Below, piece after piece: positions 36,367 to 46,830 of a stretch of 64,000 nt of DNA. The position numbers and the translations under genes were made by a program. This DNA comes from Phycisphaerae bacterium (lineage in GTDB: Bacteria; Planctomycetota; Phycisphaerae; UBA1845; Fen-1342): positions 192,001 to 256,000 of the forward strand of contig CAXXWX010000015.1 in NCBI GenBank assembly GCA_963675745.2. Direction: 5' to 3'. Under the pieces are notes generated by a model, which saw only the letters and a program-made list of their open reading frames with translations, was not told where the DNA came from and made no database searches. The stretch's first letter is position 1. Every line of letters starts with the position of its first letter.

Positions 36367-39207
36367 TCAATCAGGAGACCCGCGGGAAGCCTTATCATCT
36401 GACATGTCAGCCAGCAGTTGCCGCTGGCGCAGGTACTCCTCAAGCGGCACGGCTACGTCCGGTGGCCCGATTGACCCCAGGCGTTCCCGGGCCTGCGCCA
36501 GAATATCGAGCGCCCCCTCGTGTTGCGGCTCCCGCTCCAGGATCGCGGCCGCCAACTCGATCGCGGTGGTATAGTGGCCGACGCCGTACTCGGCCTGCGC
36601 GAGAAGCTGTTCGCACTTAAGGTCCCCCGGAAAGCGCCGCACCGCCAGCTCGGCCAGGTCGCGCGCCCTGCCGTAATCCCCAGCCTTGAGCATGAGACCG
36701 GCCATTTGCCCGGACCAGCCGGCGAGCTTGGGATCTGAGAGCAAGCGCCCGCAAATTCGATCAAACATCTCCTGCCGAGCAACCGGGTCACTCTGCGCTA
36801 ATCCTGACTCATACATCAGCCCTATTTCAGCCAACGCTGCAACAGTCCATGCCCATCGGCGCACATCGAACAGGGCCGGCGCCTCCATCGCTTGTCGCGC
36901 CGCCGCGAGCGCCTCTTCCCATCGGCCGTTGATCAGCAAGGCCATGCTATACACCGCAAGCGTAACGCCCTCGGGGTTTACAGCAGCAGCCGTCTCTAGC
37001 TCACGCAGCATCGCATCCTCGCCGGTGCCGTACAGGGCGTGACCGACGAACGCCCCCGCCACGCGTCCCCAACTCTCTGCGACCGCTGGAGGGAATCTGC
37101 TTCGCAGTGTATCCAAGACGCTTGCCGTCGCGCCGGCCTCTGCCTGCTGAAGTGCCGCGCCAATAGCGAGAACGCGGGTCATCAAGCCAAAAACCCGGTC
37201 ACGGACGCGTTCATCACCCGACTCCGCCAGCGCGTCGATATACTCGGCAGTATCGCTGACACAACGAAATATCTCACCGAGCTGATCCACATAATCGCTG
37301 TCGTGCTGATGACGTAGGCGCTCCATACAGGCGGCAAGCGCAGGCTCATCACGCTGGAATGCGCACAGCACCGCCTGGAATGTCAACGCTGCGGGGTCTT
37401 CAGGGATCAGCGCCTCCACAATTGCGAGTTGCCGCCGGCTCTCGTCCAGACGACCCGCAAGGAACAGTGTCACCGCGAACATGGACCGCGCGCGATAATC
37501 TAGCTCATCAAGCTCTACCGCCTGACCGAGCAACTCGACCATCTCTGGAATTGTCGGCGCCAGCAGCGCGCGCGCATACGCTTCCTTGGCAGGTGGCAGT
37601 CCAGCCGCGAGCGCTTCACGAATCCACTCCAGCCCGTCCTCGCGAGTCTCGGTCTGCACCAAGGCAAAGTCGCCACGCCAGAGCAGAACCTGACTGCGGT
37701 GATCGCCCAAGTCCTCGCGGGCCGCCAACTTGGCTAATTCGCGCTCCGCGTCGGCTGTTTGGTTCAACGCGTCATGGGCCACCACGATTCCGAGTCGTAG
37801 GGGCACATCATCCGGATACCCTTCGGCGATAGCCAGCCGATGGTACCTCAGCGCCGAGCGCCAGTCTCCGCGCCGCGTGGCCAGCGCCCCCGCGTCCACG
37901 TAGGATTGCACCAATAGTGAACGGGTCTCACGTTCGGCCTCGTCCGCGCGCACATACAACAACCGGGCGTCGCGTTCAGCGTTATTCGCGCGCACATACA
38001 GGTATGTGCTGACCGTCACACCGGTCACCAGCACCAGAAAGATCGCCGCGGTGCCGCCCACGAGTCCCTTGTGACGCCGCGCGAATTTGCCCAGCAGATA
38101 CGTCGCGGTGGGCGGACGAGCGGTGATCGGCTCGCCGCGCAGATTGCGGCGAATATCGTCCGCCAGGCCGGCAGCCGTCTGATAGCGTCTGGTCTTCTCT
38201 TTCTCGAGCGCCGTGTTGATGATGGCGTCAATGTCGCCGCGCAGCGCGCGATCGACGCGGCCGAGTGGCGTTGGTTCCTGCTCGCATATGATGCGCACGG
38301 CTTCGGGCACGCGCTTGTTACGCAGGTCGTGCGGCAGGCGCCGCGCGAGCAGCTCATAACCGATGACGCCGAGCGCATAGACGTCGCTGCGCGTGTCGAG
38401 GTCATCGGGCTGGCCGCTGGCCTGCTCGGGACTCATGTATGGCAGCGTCCCCACCAATTGCCCGACGTCGGTCTGCAACGTTGCTTGCTTCACATCACCA
38501 TCGGTCACCCGCGCCACGCCAAAGTCGAGCACCTTGGGCTGACCGTCGGACGTGACCAGGATATTGCCCGGCTTCAAATCGCGGTGGATGACCCCCTGCT
38601 GGTGCGCGTGTTGTACGGCGTCACACACGTCGGCCAACAGTGCCAGGCGCGCCCGCAACCCGAGTCCGCGCTGGTTCGCGTAGTCAGTGAGCGGCTGGCC
38701 GTCAACCAGCTCCATCGCGAAGAACGGCTGCGGACCCTGCTCGCTCTCAAACGTGTCGGCATCCAGGACGCGGGCCACACCGGGGTGCCGCAGGCGACCG
38801 AGCACACGCGTCTCGTGCGCGAAACGGTGCATCGCCGCCTGGGGACTGATGCCGGGATTAATGACCTTCAACGCTACGGCCTGCTGCGTCCCCGGCTGCC
38901 GCGCCTTGTAGACCACCCCCATGCCGCCGCGCCCCACCTCGTGCAGGATTTCGTAACGCCCGATCAGGGCCGGATGGTCCCCTCCGACTTGGACGGCGTC
39001 CACGCCCAGGGGCGGCGGGTCCTCGAGAAATCGGGTTGCCGTCTGCTCATCGGCCAACAGCGCGTCGATGCTCGCGCGCAGATCGACCTCCGAGCCACAT
39101 GCTTCGGCGAGATACGCGCCGCGTTCGCCGGCACTCAGGTCGCGCGCAGCCAGGTAGATCGCCTTGATCCGTCGGTAGCGCTCCGCTGACATCTCCTGTA
39201 GCGCCAT
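36367..39207 (-). CDS. Ser/Thr protein kinase with TM helix and TPR-like helical C-terminus
   Basis: GRGGMGVVY, VALK, HRDLKPGN, DFG, GTLPYMSPE; TM GLVGGTAAIFLVLVTGVTVSTYL; start approximate. Confidence 0.92.
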   Translation of the reverse strand: MALQEMSAERYRRIKAIYLAARDLSAGERGAYLAEACGSEVDLRASIDALLADEQTATRFLEDPPPLGVDAVQVGGDHPALIGRYEILHEVGRGGMGVVYKARQPGTQQAVALKVINPGISPQAAMHRFAHETRVLGRLRHPGVARVLDADTFESEQGPQPFFAMELVDGQPLTDYANQRGLGLRARLALLADVCDAVQHAHQQGVIHRDLKPGNILVTSDGQPKVLDFGVARVTDGDVKQATLQTDVGQLVGTLPYMSPEQASGQPDDLDTRSDVYALGVIGYELLARRLPHDLRNKRVPEAVRIICEQEPTPLGRVDRALRGDIDAIINTALEKEKTRRYQTAAGLADDIRRNLRGEPITARPPTATYLLGKFARRHKGLVGGTAAIFLVLVTGVTVSTYLYVRANNAERDARLLYVRADEAERETRSLLVQSYVDAGALATRRGDWRSALRYHRLAIAEGYPDDVPLRLGIVVAHDALNQTADAERELAKLAAREDLGDHRSQVLLWRGDFALVQTETREDGLEWIREALAAGLPPAKEAYARALLAPTIPEMVELLGQAVELDELDYRARSMFAVTLFLAGRLDESRRQLAIVEALIPEDPAALTFQAVLCAFQRDEPALAACMERLRHQHDSDYVDQLGEIFRCVSDTAEYIDALAESGDERVRDRVFGLMTRVLAIGAALQQAEAGATASVLDTLRSRFPPAVAESWGRVAGAFVGHALYGTGEDAMLRELETAAAVNPEGVTLAVYSMALLINGRWEEALAAARQAMEAPALFDVRRWAWTVAALAEIGLMYESGLAQSDPVARQEMFDRICGRLLSDPKLAGWSGQMAGLMLKAGDYGRARDLAELAVRRFPGDLKCEQLLAQAEYGVGHYTTAIELAAAILEREPQHEGALDILAQARERLGSIGPPDVAVPLEEYLRQRQLLADMSDDKASRGSPD

Positions 39208-39424
39208 CTCCCACACCCCTTCCGTGTCTTGCCGCGGCACACCACCACCCGAGCGCCGCCTCACGGCCGGCGAATACGGACACCGGACATACGTGCAACC
39301 GTGCCGCTGGAGTTACTTTACCACGTTTTCCCGCCGTGCGTCACGCACCCCGCGGCCCGTTACACGGGCGTACGCGCTCAGCGCAACTTCCCAAATCGGG
39401 CGCCCCCAGTGCATTGAACGCTTA

Positions 39425-40588
39425 TCACTCAGATGCGGTCAGCATGCCGGCGTAGATGCCGAGCATCGCCGGGCCGGTGCCATGTGAGTCGTTGCGCTGC
39501 GGTTGACGGTCGAGGTATGCCTGTTCGGAAGCCTGCGGACCGGTGCCCGGACAGACGTTTTCGAGATCGCCATTCGGCGTAATCAAGGCGGCCATCGCCG
39601 CGTACCCCCGTCGTGCCGCCTCAGCATATGTATTGTCCAGCCAGCCGCGTTGCGCGCCGCGCGCCAGCCCGTAGGTAATCAGTCCGGTGGCCGAAAGCTC
39701 GGCGTAGCTTTCAGGGTGATCCAGGAGCTGATGCCAGGCACCATCATTACCTTGATGGGCAACCAGGGCCGCGGACAGCTCCTGGTAAGCGGCCAACAAG
39801 TCAGCGCGCCCCGTGTGCGTCGCGGGGATTGCGTCAAGCGCCTCGACCATCGCCACCAGCACCCAACCATTGGCCCGCCCCCAGAATCCGGGTGTCGCAC
39901 CTTCGCCGTGCCAGTTCCAGCCCTGGTGATAGAGGCCAACTTGCGGGTCGCGCAGCCGTTCGCCGAATCCGGCAAACTGTAGCAGCACATCGTCATGGTA
40001 TTCGTCGTCATCGAGCACGACGCCCGCCTTCGCCAGCAGCGGCATCACCATGAACAGCGCATCCGCCCATATGCGACCGCGTTTGGGATCACTGTGATAC
40101 GCGATGAGCCCCTCCGGCGTCCGCGCTGCGTTGTTACGGAAGAAGTCGGCCGCGTCCAGGGCGACTTGCAGCGCGTCCTGGTCACCGGTTTCCCGCGCAT
40201 ACTCCAGCGTGGCATGCGCCATCGCGCCGAGATAGTCGATCGGCTCATCGCCGCCATGCGGGCGATATAGCTCGTCAAGCATGTACTTGTCCACCGAGGC
40301 GCGCACCTGCGCCAGGTATGCCGGATTGCCGGTCTCGTCATGGAGCAGGAGCAGCGCCCACAGCGAAACGCCGTTGACGTACGTGAAATGATACACGACG
40401 TAGGGGGCGTCGAGCGTGCTGTCGATCGCGCCGTGATACTCGCCGGCCATGTAGCGCGCCGTGACGGTTGTCGCCTTCAGCAGAGGATCGGGCGTCGCCC
40501 CCACGTCGAGTACAAGCGCGTCGCACCCGGCCGCAAACAGCGCAGCCGCGAGCATGCCGCATCCCATCGCCAACCGCGTGCAGAACAT
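39425..40588 (-). CDS. Glycoside hydrolase family 88/105 (unsaturated uronyl hydrolase-like) lipoprotein
   Basis: LFAAGC lipobox; IWADALFM; GLYHQGW; FWGRANGW; SYAELSATG. Confidence 0.85.
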   Translation of the reverse strand: MFCTRLAMGCGMLAAALFAAGCDALVLDVGATPDPLLKATTVTARYMAGEYHGAIDSTLDAPYVVYHFTYVNGVSLWALLLLHDETGNPAYLAQVRASVDKYMLDELYRPHGGDEPIDYLGAMAHATLEYARETGDQDALQVALDAADFFRNNAARTPEGLIAYHSDPKRGRIWADALFMVMPLLAKAGVVLDDDEYHDDVLLQFAGFGERLRDPQVGLYHQGWNWHGEGATPGFWGRANGWVLVAMVEALDAIPATHTGRADLLAAYQELSAALVAHQGNDGAWHQLLDHPESYAELSATGLITYGLARGAQRGWLDNTYAEAARRGYAAMAALITPNGDLENVCPGTGPQASEQAYLDRQPQRNDSHGTGPAMLGIYAGMLTASE

Positions 40589-40621
40589 AGCGGTACTTCG
40601 CCGCCTGCTTGGGGCACCGGT

Positions 40622-41893
40622 TTACGGAGTCTCTTTCTCAGGCAACGGCTTGGCCGGAGGTCCCTTGGCGGCGTTTTTCTTGCCGGTGTCCTCGCCGCCC
40701 GCCTGTGCATCCTTGATACCCTCGTCGATCTGACGACGCACCACGCTGGCATCGACCGCCGGTGAAATCCGCCGCGCCCCCTTGGGGTTCGACATGGCCG
40801 GGGCCGCCGGGCGTTGCGGTATCACACGCCTGACAATCATGCACTGCAGCTTCTGAAACTCGGGAGACTCATCGTCCGTGAGGACTGTCAGCATGCCACC
40901 CTGCGGCGGTAAATCCTCGAACGCCGGCAGCGTCACCCTGATCCGATGAAACGCGCTCCTGCCGCGCGTAACCGCCGGCGCGTCGAACAACTCCGCCTTG
41001 ACGGTCTCCGGTTCCACCTTGATATCCGTGATCTTGACCGGTTTGTCCGCGCGATACTGCACCTGGACAAAGCGCTCCACGGGCTTTGTCATGCTCGAGG
41101 TCACGTACAGTTGAGGCGGGACAAACGCGACGCGCGGCCGGACATTGGCAGTTACGTCATACTCCAAGGTAGGCGCCTCGGGCAGCCCGGTCTCCAGGAC
41201 CACGGTCGTGCGGTTGAGACCCTTCACGAGCGGCGGCAAGGTCGTCACTTGCAGCTCATACTCCATCCCCGGCTTGATCTCCTTTAACTCCACAGCGAAT
41301 TTGTCGCGCTTCGGATCGTCCTTGAGCTTCAGTTGCACGGGTTTCGTGTAGCTGTTCGTAAGCCTGGTCACAACCGTGTCGCGCGAATCCACCTGCGCGT
41401 CGCGGAAAATGATCATCGAAGAGGGGGCCGCCGTGAACACCGCCTTGACCTCGCCGACAACATTGATCACCGTCGTGGGCTGCGTTGGGTCATTTGTCGT
41501 CAGCGTGATTTTCTTGTTGGCCTTGCCCGCGCGCTTGGTGCTGTAAGTGATTGTAAACCGGGTCTCCTCGCCCGGCGCCAGCGGCGACTTTGGACGAGTG
41601 GCGACTGTGCATCCGCACGAGCTCTTCGAAGCGATCGTCAGCGGCGCGTCGCCGACGTTCTTAATCGTGAACTCACCCACCGCGGGTTGATGCTCCAGGA
41701 CGGTCCCAAAATCGAAGACCGTGGGGCTCAGCACCATGCGCGCCGTGCCCTGTGGCGCCGCATCCTTGGGCGTCAACTCGACGAAATTCGGCGCCGGCGT
41801 GGCGGGCGCGGGCTCCTTCGCAGTGCCCCCTTCTTGTGCGAAACCCACCGCGCACACCAGCACAATCGATGCCAACCCCATGCAGCTCCGCAT
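40622..41893 (-). CDS. Exported DUF1573-domain (Ig-like) protein
   Basis: Signal peptide; FDFG..FTIKNVGDAPLTI..SSCGCT..LAPGEE..ITLTTNDP. Confidence 0.8.
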   Translation of the reverse strand: MRSCMGLASIVLVCAVGFAQEGGTAKEPAPATPAPNFVELTPKDAAPQGTARMVLSPTVFDFGTVLEHQPAVGEFTIKNVGDAPLTIASKSSCGCTVATRPKSPLAPGEETRFTITYSTKRAGKANKKITLTTNDPTQPTTVINVVGEVKAVFTAAPSSMIIFRDAQVDSRDTVVTRLTNSYTKPVQLKLKDDPKRDKFAVELKEIKPGMEYELQVTTLPPLVKGLNRTTVVLETGLPEAPTLEYDVTANVRPRVAFVPPQLYVTSSMTKPVERFVQVQYRADKPVKITDIKVEPETVKAELFDAPAVTRGRSAFHRIRVTLPAFEDLPPQGGMLTVLTDDESPEFQKLQCMIVRRVIPQRPAAPAMSNPKGARRISPAVDASVVRRQIDEGIKDAQAGGEDTGKKNAAKGPPAKPLPEKETP

Positions 41894-42034
41894 TACCCAG
41901 CCTCCTGCCGATCATCGGCGATACATTGCCCTCATCAACCTGCGCACACTCGCGGCCCCCGGTGTGGCGCAAACCGGTAGTTTAACGTGATCATAGTGCC
42001 AATGCGAGAAACAAGTGCAGCGTCACGCAAAAGG

Positions 42035-42116
42035 CAGGGAACAGGGAACGGGGAACAGGGAACCGAAGGGCCGCCAGCCGCACCCGCCGTTCCCTGTTCC
42101 CTGTTCCCTGTTCCCC
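42035..42116. repeat. Inverted heptamer arrays, (CAGGGAA)x4 and (GTTCCCT)x4, forming a long hairpin
   Basis: Left arm 42035-42063, right arm 42089-42116, spacer about 25 nt. Confidence 0.85.
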
Positions 42117-42193
42117 TTTCCCCGCCCCTTGCCTCACGCCATAAGTACGCTAAAGTAATTGTCTGGCCCCGCAATGCCGCGCCGGCCACATAC

Positions 42194-42266
<73 letters not shown>

Positions 42267-42272
42267 ATCAGT

Positions 42273-42316
42273 GAGGCCGAATCTGCAAGGGCTTTCGACC
42301 TTGCGAGTTCGGCCTC
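42273..42316 (+). terminator. Hairpin downstream of tRNA-Lys
   Basis: GAGGCCGAA..GCAAGG / CCTTGC..TTCGGCCTC inverted repeat; weak U-tract. Confidence 0.55.
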
Positions 42317-42683
42317 TGTCATGCGCATCGGCTATGTGCCATACCGGTGGCATGTTCTCGGTCATTCTCGGCAGAGAGGCCGCTGCCGTATCATGAATTG
42401 TGTCCGGCCGGATGTTGGTCCAGTTGCGTCCGGGCTCTATCATCGCTCAAGTGATATCGCGACAATACGCCCATGCCCGGGACTTAAGCGGCACGCCACC
42501 TCGTGGTCTGTGCATGTACATTGTCAATGCTCCACCCCCGCACACCGGCACCTGACGGGAACGCCTCGCATACGGGTTTTTGCGTATTCCTGCTCTCCCG
42601 GGGATGACTCTTGCCCCTGTCTCGATGCCCTGCGCGGCATCCTGGAGGTATAACGCCGTGGCGCGCGACGATGACCAGCTTGA

Positions 42684-44081
42684 TTGTGGATTCGCATGGT
42701 AGATCTTGGTGTACGCCTGTGGGCCTGGATCAAACGCGGCCTGGCGAGGCCGGCGGGGTTGCTGACCGCGACCTTCGTTCTGCTTATCGTCATCGGCTGG
42801 GCGTTGCTGACGCTACCGATGGCTCACGCCCACGAGCCCTTCTCCGCGCTCGACGCTCTCTTTACGGCGACCTCCGCCGTCTGCGTCACCGGCCTGATCG
42901 TCGTCGACACCGGCACCGATCTCAGCCCGTTTGGCCAGATCGTTGTCCTGATCCTCATCCAGCTCGGCGGACTAGGGATCATGACTTTCGCAGCACTCGG
43001 CATGCAGGTGCTGGGCCGCTCGCTGTCGTTCCGCTACTCGGCCTCGTTGCACGATGTGTTCTACCAGGCGGAGTCGGCGGCCAGCCTGCACAGCGATCTA
43101 AAATGGATCGTCGGCCTGACGCTCGGGTTTGAGGCGCTAGGTGCCCTGCTGCTCTATCCCGGGTTCCATGCGACACCCGGAGGACATGCACCCGCGTTCG
43201 CAGCGGTATTCCACGCAATCTCGGCCTTCTGCAACGCGGGTTTCTCGCTGCAAACGGACAGCCTTACCGCCTATCGGGGCAGTGCGTTGGTCATGCTGAC
43301 GATCATGTCGCTGACCGTGGTCGGCGGCCTGGGTCATACGACGCTGATCGAGTCGCTGCGTCGCGCGCGCGATCGATTGTTCCGGCGCTCGGTTCCGTAC
43401 CGGGCATGGAGCCTGAACAGCAAGATCGTGCTCACGACCTCGGCGGCCCTGCTGGCCGCCGGCTTTGTGCTGCTGCTCGTGATCGGAATGGGCCCCACCG
43501 ACACGCCGCGCGCGCGTTTCCACGTGCTCGACGCGCTCTTCCAATCCGTCATAGCCCGAACGGCCGGTTTCAACACGGTCGACATTGCCACCGTGCCCGT
43601 TGCGGCTCAGCTAATCCTGATCATGCTCATGTTTATCGGCGGCTCACCCGGGTCCTGTGCCGGCGGCGTGAAGACCACGACATTCGCCCTCTCGATCGCC
43701 TACGTGCGGACGCGCCTGATGGGACGTCAGGATGTCACGCTGTTCCGTCGCCGAGTCGCCCAGCGCACCGTTGCGCGCATGGTCGTGCTGGTTACGCTGG
43801 CGCTGGCGTGGAACGCCTTTGGCTGCACGCTGCTGGCGCTGACCGAGATGCACGAGCACTCCCACATTGCGCTCAACGATGTGTTGTTCGAGCAAATCTC
43901 GGCGTTCGCCACGGTCGGGCTGTCCACCGGCATCACCGCCCAGCTCTCCGCGGCGGGCAAACTCTGGATCACATTGACGATGTTCGTCGGTCGGGTCGGC
44001 CCGCTGACGGCGGCGCTGGTGGTGCTGGCGCCCCGATCGCAAGCCACACGCTATCCCGAGGCACATTTGATGGTCGGCTGA
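42684..44081 (+). CDS. ktrB: Ktr/Trk potassium uptake membrane subunit
   Basis: LFTATSAVCVTGL; SAFCNAGF; RTAGFNTV; MFIGGSPGSCAGGVKTTT; SAFATVGLSTG; MFVGRVGPLT. Confidence 0.93.
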   Translation: MWIRMVDLGVRLWAWIKRGLARPAGLLTATFVLLIVIGWALLTLPMAHAHEPFSALDALFTATSAVCVTGLIVVDTGTDLSPFGQIVVLILIQLGGLGIMTFAALGMQVLGRSLSFRYSASLHDVFYQAESAASLHSDLKWIVGLTLGFEALGALLLYPGFHATPGGHAPAFAAVFHAISAFCNAGFSLQTDSLTAYRGSALVMLTIMSLTVVGGLGHTTLIESLRRARDRLFRRSVPYRAWSLNSKIVLTTSAALLAAGFVLLLVIGMGPTDTPRARFHVLDALFQSVIARTAGFNTVDIATVPVAAQLILIMLMFIGGSPGSCAGGVKTTTFALSIAYVRTRLMGRQDVTLFRRRVAQRTVARMVVLVTLALAWNAFGCTLLALTEMHEHSHIALNDVLFEQISAFATVGLSTGITAQLSAAGKLWITLTMFVGRVGPLTAALVVLAPRSQATRYPEAHLMVG

Positions 44082-44091
44082 GGTCAGTCAC

Positions 44092-44748
44092 ATGAAACAG
44101 GTAGTCGTTATCGGTATGGGGCAATTCGGCATGCATCTGGCACGTGAGCTCGTGAAGCTGGGCTGCGAGGTGCTGGTGATCGACTTGTCGGAAGAACGGA
44201 TCGCGGAGATCGACGACGAGGTGCATCGCGCGCTGATCGGCGACGTGCGCAGCATGGAGACGCTGCGGGCCAGCGTGCCGGAAGGTGTGGACGAGGCCGT
44301 CGTCTGTCTGAGCAACAGTCTCGAAACCAGTATCCTGTGTACCGCGCACCTGGCCGACCTCGGCGTCAAGACGATCCGCGCCAAAGCCCTCAACGATGAT
44401 CATGCCAGCATCCTGAGCCGCGTCGGCGCCACGGAGACTATGTTCCCGGAGCGCGAGACCGCGGAGCGCGCGGCGCGACGCATCGCCCACCCCGTCATGC
44501 GCGATTTCTTCCCGTTCGCCGAGGAATACCGGATCATGGAGATCGCCACGCCCCGGTCTTTTGTCGGCAAGACCGTGCAAGGGGCGCAGTTGCGCGCCAA
44601 GTACGAGTTGATAGCGCTGGCCATCAAATCGGAGCGACGCGAAGTTTATCACTTCATGCCCGCCGCAAACGACGTCCTTCACGACGGTGACATTCTGATT
44701 CTCTTCGGCCGCGAGATGGACCTGGCGCGCTTCTCCGCGCTGGACTGA
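44092..44748 (+). CDS. ktrA: Ktr/Trk potassium uptake RCK regulatory subunit
   Basis: VVIGMGQFG Rossmann motif; TrkA-C domain; adjacent to ktrB. Confidence 0.92.
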   Translation: MKQVVVIGMGQFGMHLARELVKLGCEVLVIDLSEERIAEIDDEVHRALIGDVRSMETLRASVPEGVDEAVVCLSNSLETSILCTAHLADLGVKTIRAKALNDDHASILSRVGATETMFPERETAERAARRIAHPVMRDFFPFAEEYRIMEIATPRSFVGKTVQGAQLRAKYELIALAIKSERREVYHFMPAANDVLHDGDILILFGREMDLARFSALD

Positions 44749-44901
44749 GCGACTGCCGCACACGTGGCCACGATCCGCCGGCGGCCGCGGCGTTTGGTGC
44801 CGGGGACCACACACAACTCGCGAGTTATGCCAATGACTGGCACCGCGCCTCGCGATTCACTGCAACATGCCCCCGGGGCCAAGCCAACAGACGTGCGGCA
44901 A

Positions 44902-45477
44902 TCAGCAGTCGGCGACAATGCCCTCGGCGTGGCCCTTGACCTCTTCCACCGCCATACCGAGAAAGTCTCCAAGCCGCTCGGCCACATCCTTCGCGTTCTC
45001 CGCGCGAAGCGTGTGCCCCAACTCGACGTCGCGCTGATCCGCACTTGCCGCTCGCACGACCAGCCGATAGCGGTAGCGATTCGCATTGCGGCCGACTCGA
45101 TTGAAGAGCCAGTACCGCGTCAGGAGCAGCGCATCAAACCGATCCAGCGCGTACTCACGCCGGCGTTGAAACAGGAAATGCGAGGTCCACGACATAAAGG
45201 TGCCGCGCCGACGATCGAAATCAAAACCCGAGCGCTCGAGCACCAGCATGATGCCGATCACGAGGAAGCTCAGACCGCCGAGGACCGGCAATACCATATA
45301 GGGCAGAGCTTCACGAGGCAGCGGCGTCCCCGTTGCCCCGGCGAGCCCGGCGACCACGCCAATCAGAGCACCAGCGCCGATCACGGCAAGCAACAGACCG
45401 AAAAGCGTGGAACGCGTCGCCCCTCGCTGAACGCGCCGGCACTCCGCACCATCATCGGACAGCAGGTTCAGACGCAC
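44902..45477 (-). CDS. Hypothetical protein with two TM helices
   Basis: GGAGG RBS before GTG 45477; two hydrophobic segments. Confidence 0.6.
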   Translation of the reverse strand: MRLNLLSDDGAECRRVQRGATRSTLFGLLLAVIGAGALIGVVAGLAGATGTPLPREALPYMVLPVLGGLSFLVIGIMLVLERSGFDFDRRRGTFMSWTSHFLFQRRREYALDRFDALLLTRYWLFNRVGRNANRYRYRLVVRAASADQRDVELGHTLRAENAKDVAERLGDFLGMAVEEVKGHAEGIVADC

Positions 45478-45603
45478 GATCGCACCTCCATGATGCGTGC
45501 TCAGCGCGCACAAGACGTTTGCCCGGCCTGAGCGCCGGGCTGTTTTGCTCCAGTATACTGCCGCCCAGCGGCATTGCGTGCCGTGATCACGCTGGGCGGC
45601 CAG

Positions 45604-46788
45604 CTACCCACCCAGCAGCGCCACGAATGCGTCGATGTCGCCGTTGTTGACGAGCCCGTCACTGTTGCAGTCGGCCCGACTCCGGTCGCAATCCGGGTAT
45701 GTCGCCACGTAGCCAGCCTCGTCCGTCACCGCCAGCACGAACGGATCGATGTCGCCGTTGTTAATGAGCCCGTCGCAGTTCAGGTCGCCAGTGAACAGAA
45801 CTCGGGCGACACGAAAACCGATGTGGAAGTTTTCGGTCAACGGCGCCGTGCCCTGGTCTCGACACGCCGCGCGGAGACCGATGTCCTGGCCTCCATCGCC
45901 AAACGAACCTCCGCGCAACATCCGAGTAGACTCAGTGACAAGGCTATCGTTCCATTCCCAAACATTGCCCCCTTGGTCATATGTTCCATAGGGACTTGCG
46001 GAGTTCTCAAACTCGCCGATTTCGGTGCGCCAGAACGGACCGTCGAGCGTGAAGGTGAGGTAGTAGAAGTTGGCCGAATTGCCGGGGTCGGGTTCGACCA
46101 CATGGTTGCTTGGCAAACTGTCGCTGCTTGTCGGATAATCAAAGTAGTTCACAGTTACGCCGTCGTTTTTGTGATAGGCGGCCTTGTACCACTCGTCTTC
46201 GGTGGGAATCACCCATGTTGCATCTGTCTCACGGACGATCAGCGCGAGCCCAGCGCCACCCACCTCCCCGTCCAGGTAGTACGAACCATCCTCGGTAGTC
46301 GTCAAATCCTGCGCCCCCGACGGCTGGCCGTTGTGCAGCCAGTTGCAGAACCGCGCTGCGTCACCCCAGGATACGAAATTCACTGGACGCTCAGCCCAGT
46401 CCGCCGCGGTTGACCCAGGCGCTTCGACAGTCCCGCCGCTGAAATCGTAGACATAGCTGCCATCACTTCCCGTGCGAGTGATCTGGCAACCATACAGATT
46501 GCTGTTCATGTACTCGCTGTACAGTCCATAGGAGTCGCTCTTGGCCACGGCGTTGAGGAACTCTGTGTACTGCGCGGCCGCGATCTCGAACTGACCAATG
46601 TCGTACACATAGTCCACCGCACCGCAGATACGGTCTGGGCCGAAGCCACCCGCCCCCTCACCTGATAGCTCCCCGGCGTTGCCCGGGTTGCCGACCGTGA
46701 CCGTGTCAATGACCACCTCTGCTTGCACGACGCTGGTGCATGCCAGTGCCAAACCCAGCAGCCCGACAAGTGTTGCGATCCTGCACAT
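45604..46788 (-). CDS. Secreted FGE/SUMF1-like (sulfatase-modifying factor domain) protein with C-terminal dockerin-like domain
   Basis: [70 protein letters not shown]. Confidence 0.88.
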   Translation of the reverse strand: MCRIATLVGLLGLALACTSVVQAEVVIDTVTVGNPGNAGELSGEGAGGFGPDRICGAVDYVYDIGQFEIAAAQYTEFLNAVAKSDSYGLYSEYMNSNLYGCQITRTGSDGSYVYDFSGGTVEAPGSTAADWAERPVNFVSWGDAARFCNWLHNGQPSGAQDLTTTEDGSYYLDGEVGGAGLALIVRETDATWVIPTEDEWYKAAYHKNDGVTVNYFDYPTSSDSLPSNHVVEPDPGNSANFYYLTFTLDGPFWRTEIGEFENSASPYGTYDQGGNVWEWNDSLVTESTRMLRGGSFGDGGQDIGLRAACRDQGTAPLTENFHIGFRVARVLFTGDLNCDGLINNGDIDPFVLAVTDEAGYVATYPDCDRSRADCNSDGLVNNGDIDAFVALLGG

Positions 46789-46830
46789 ACGCCTCTCCTC
46801 CTCGGATTGCAGTGCACATTCCCCTGCCAG

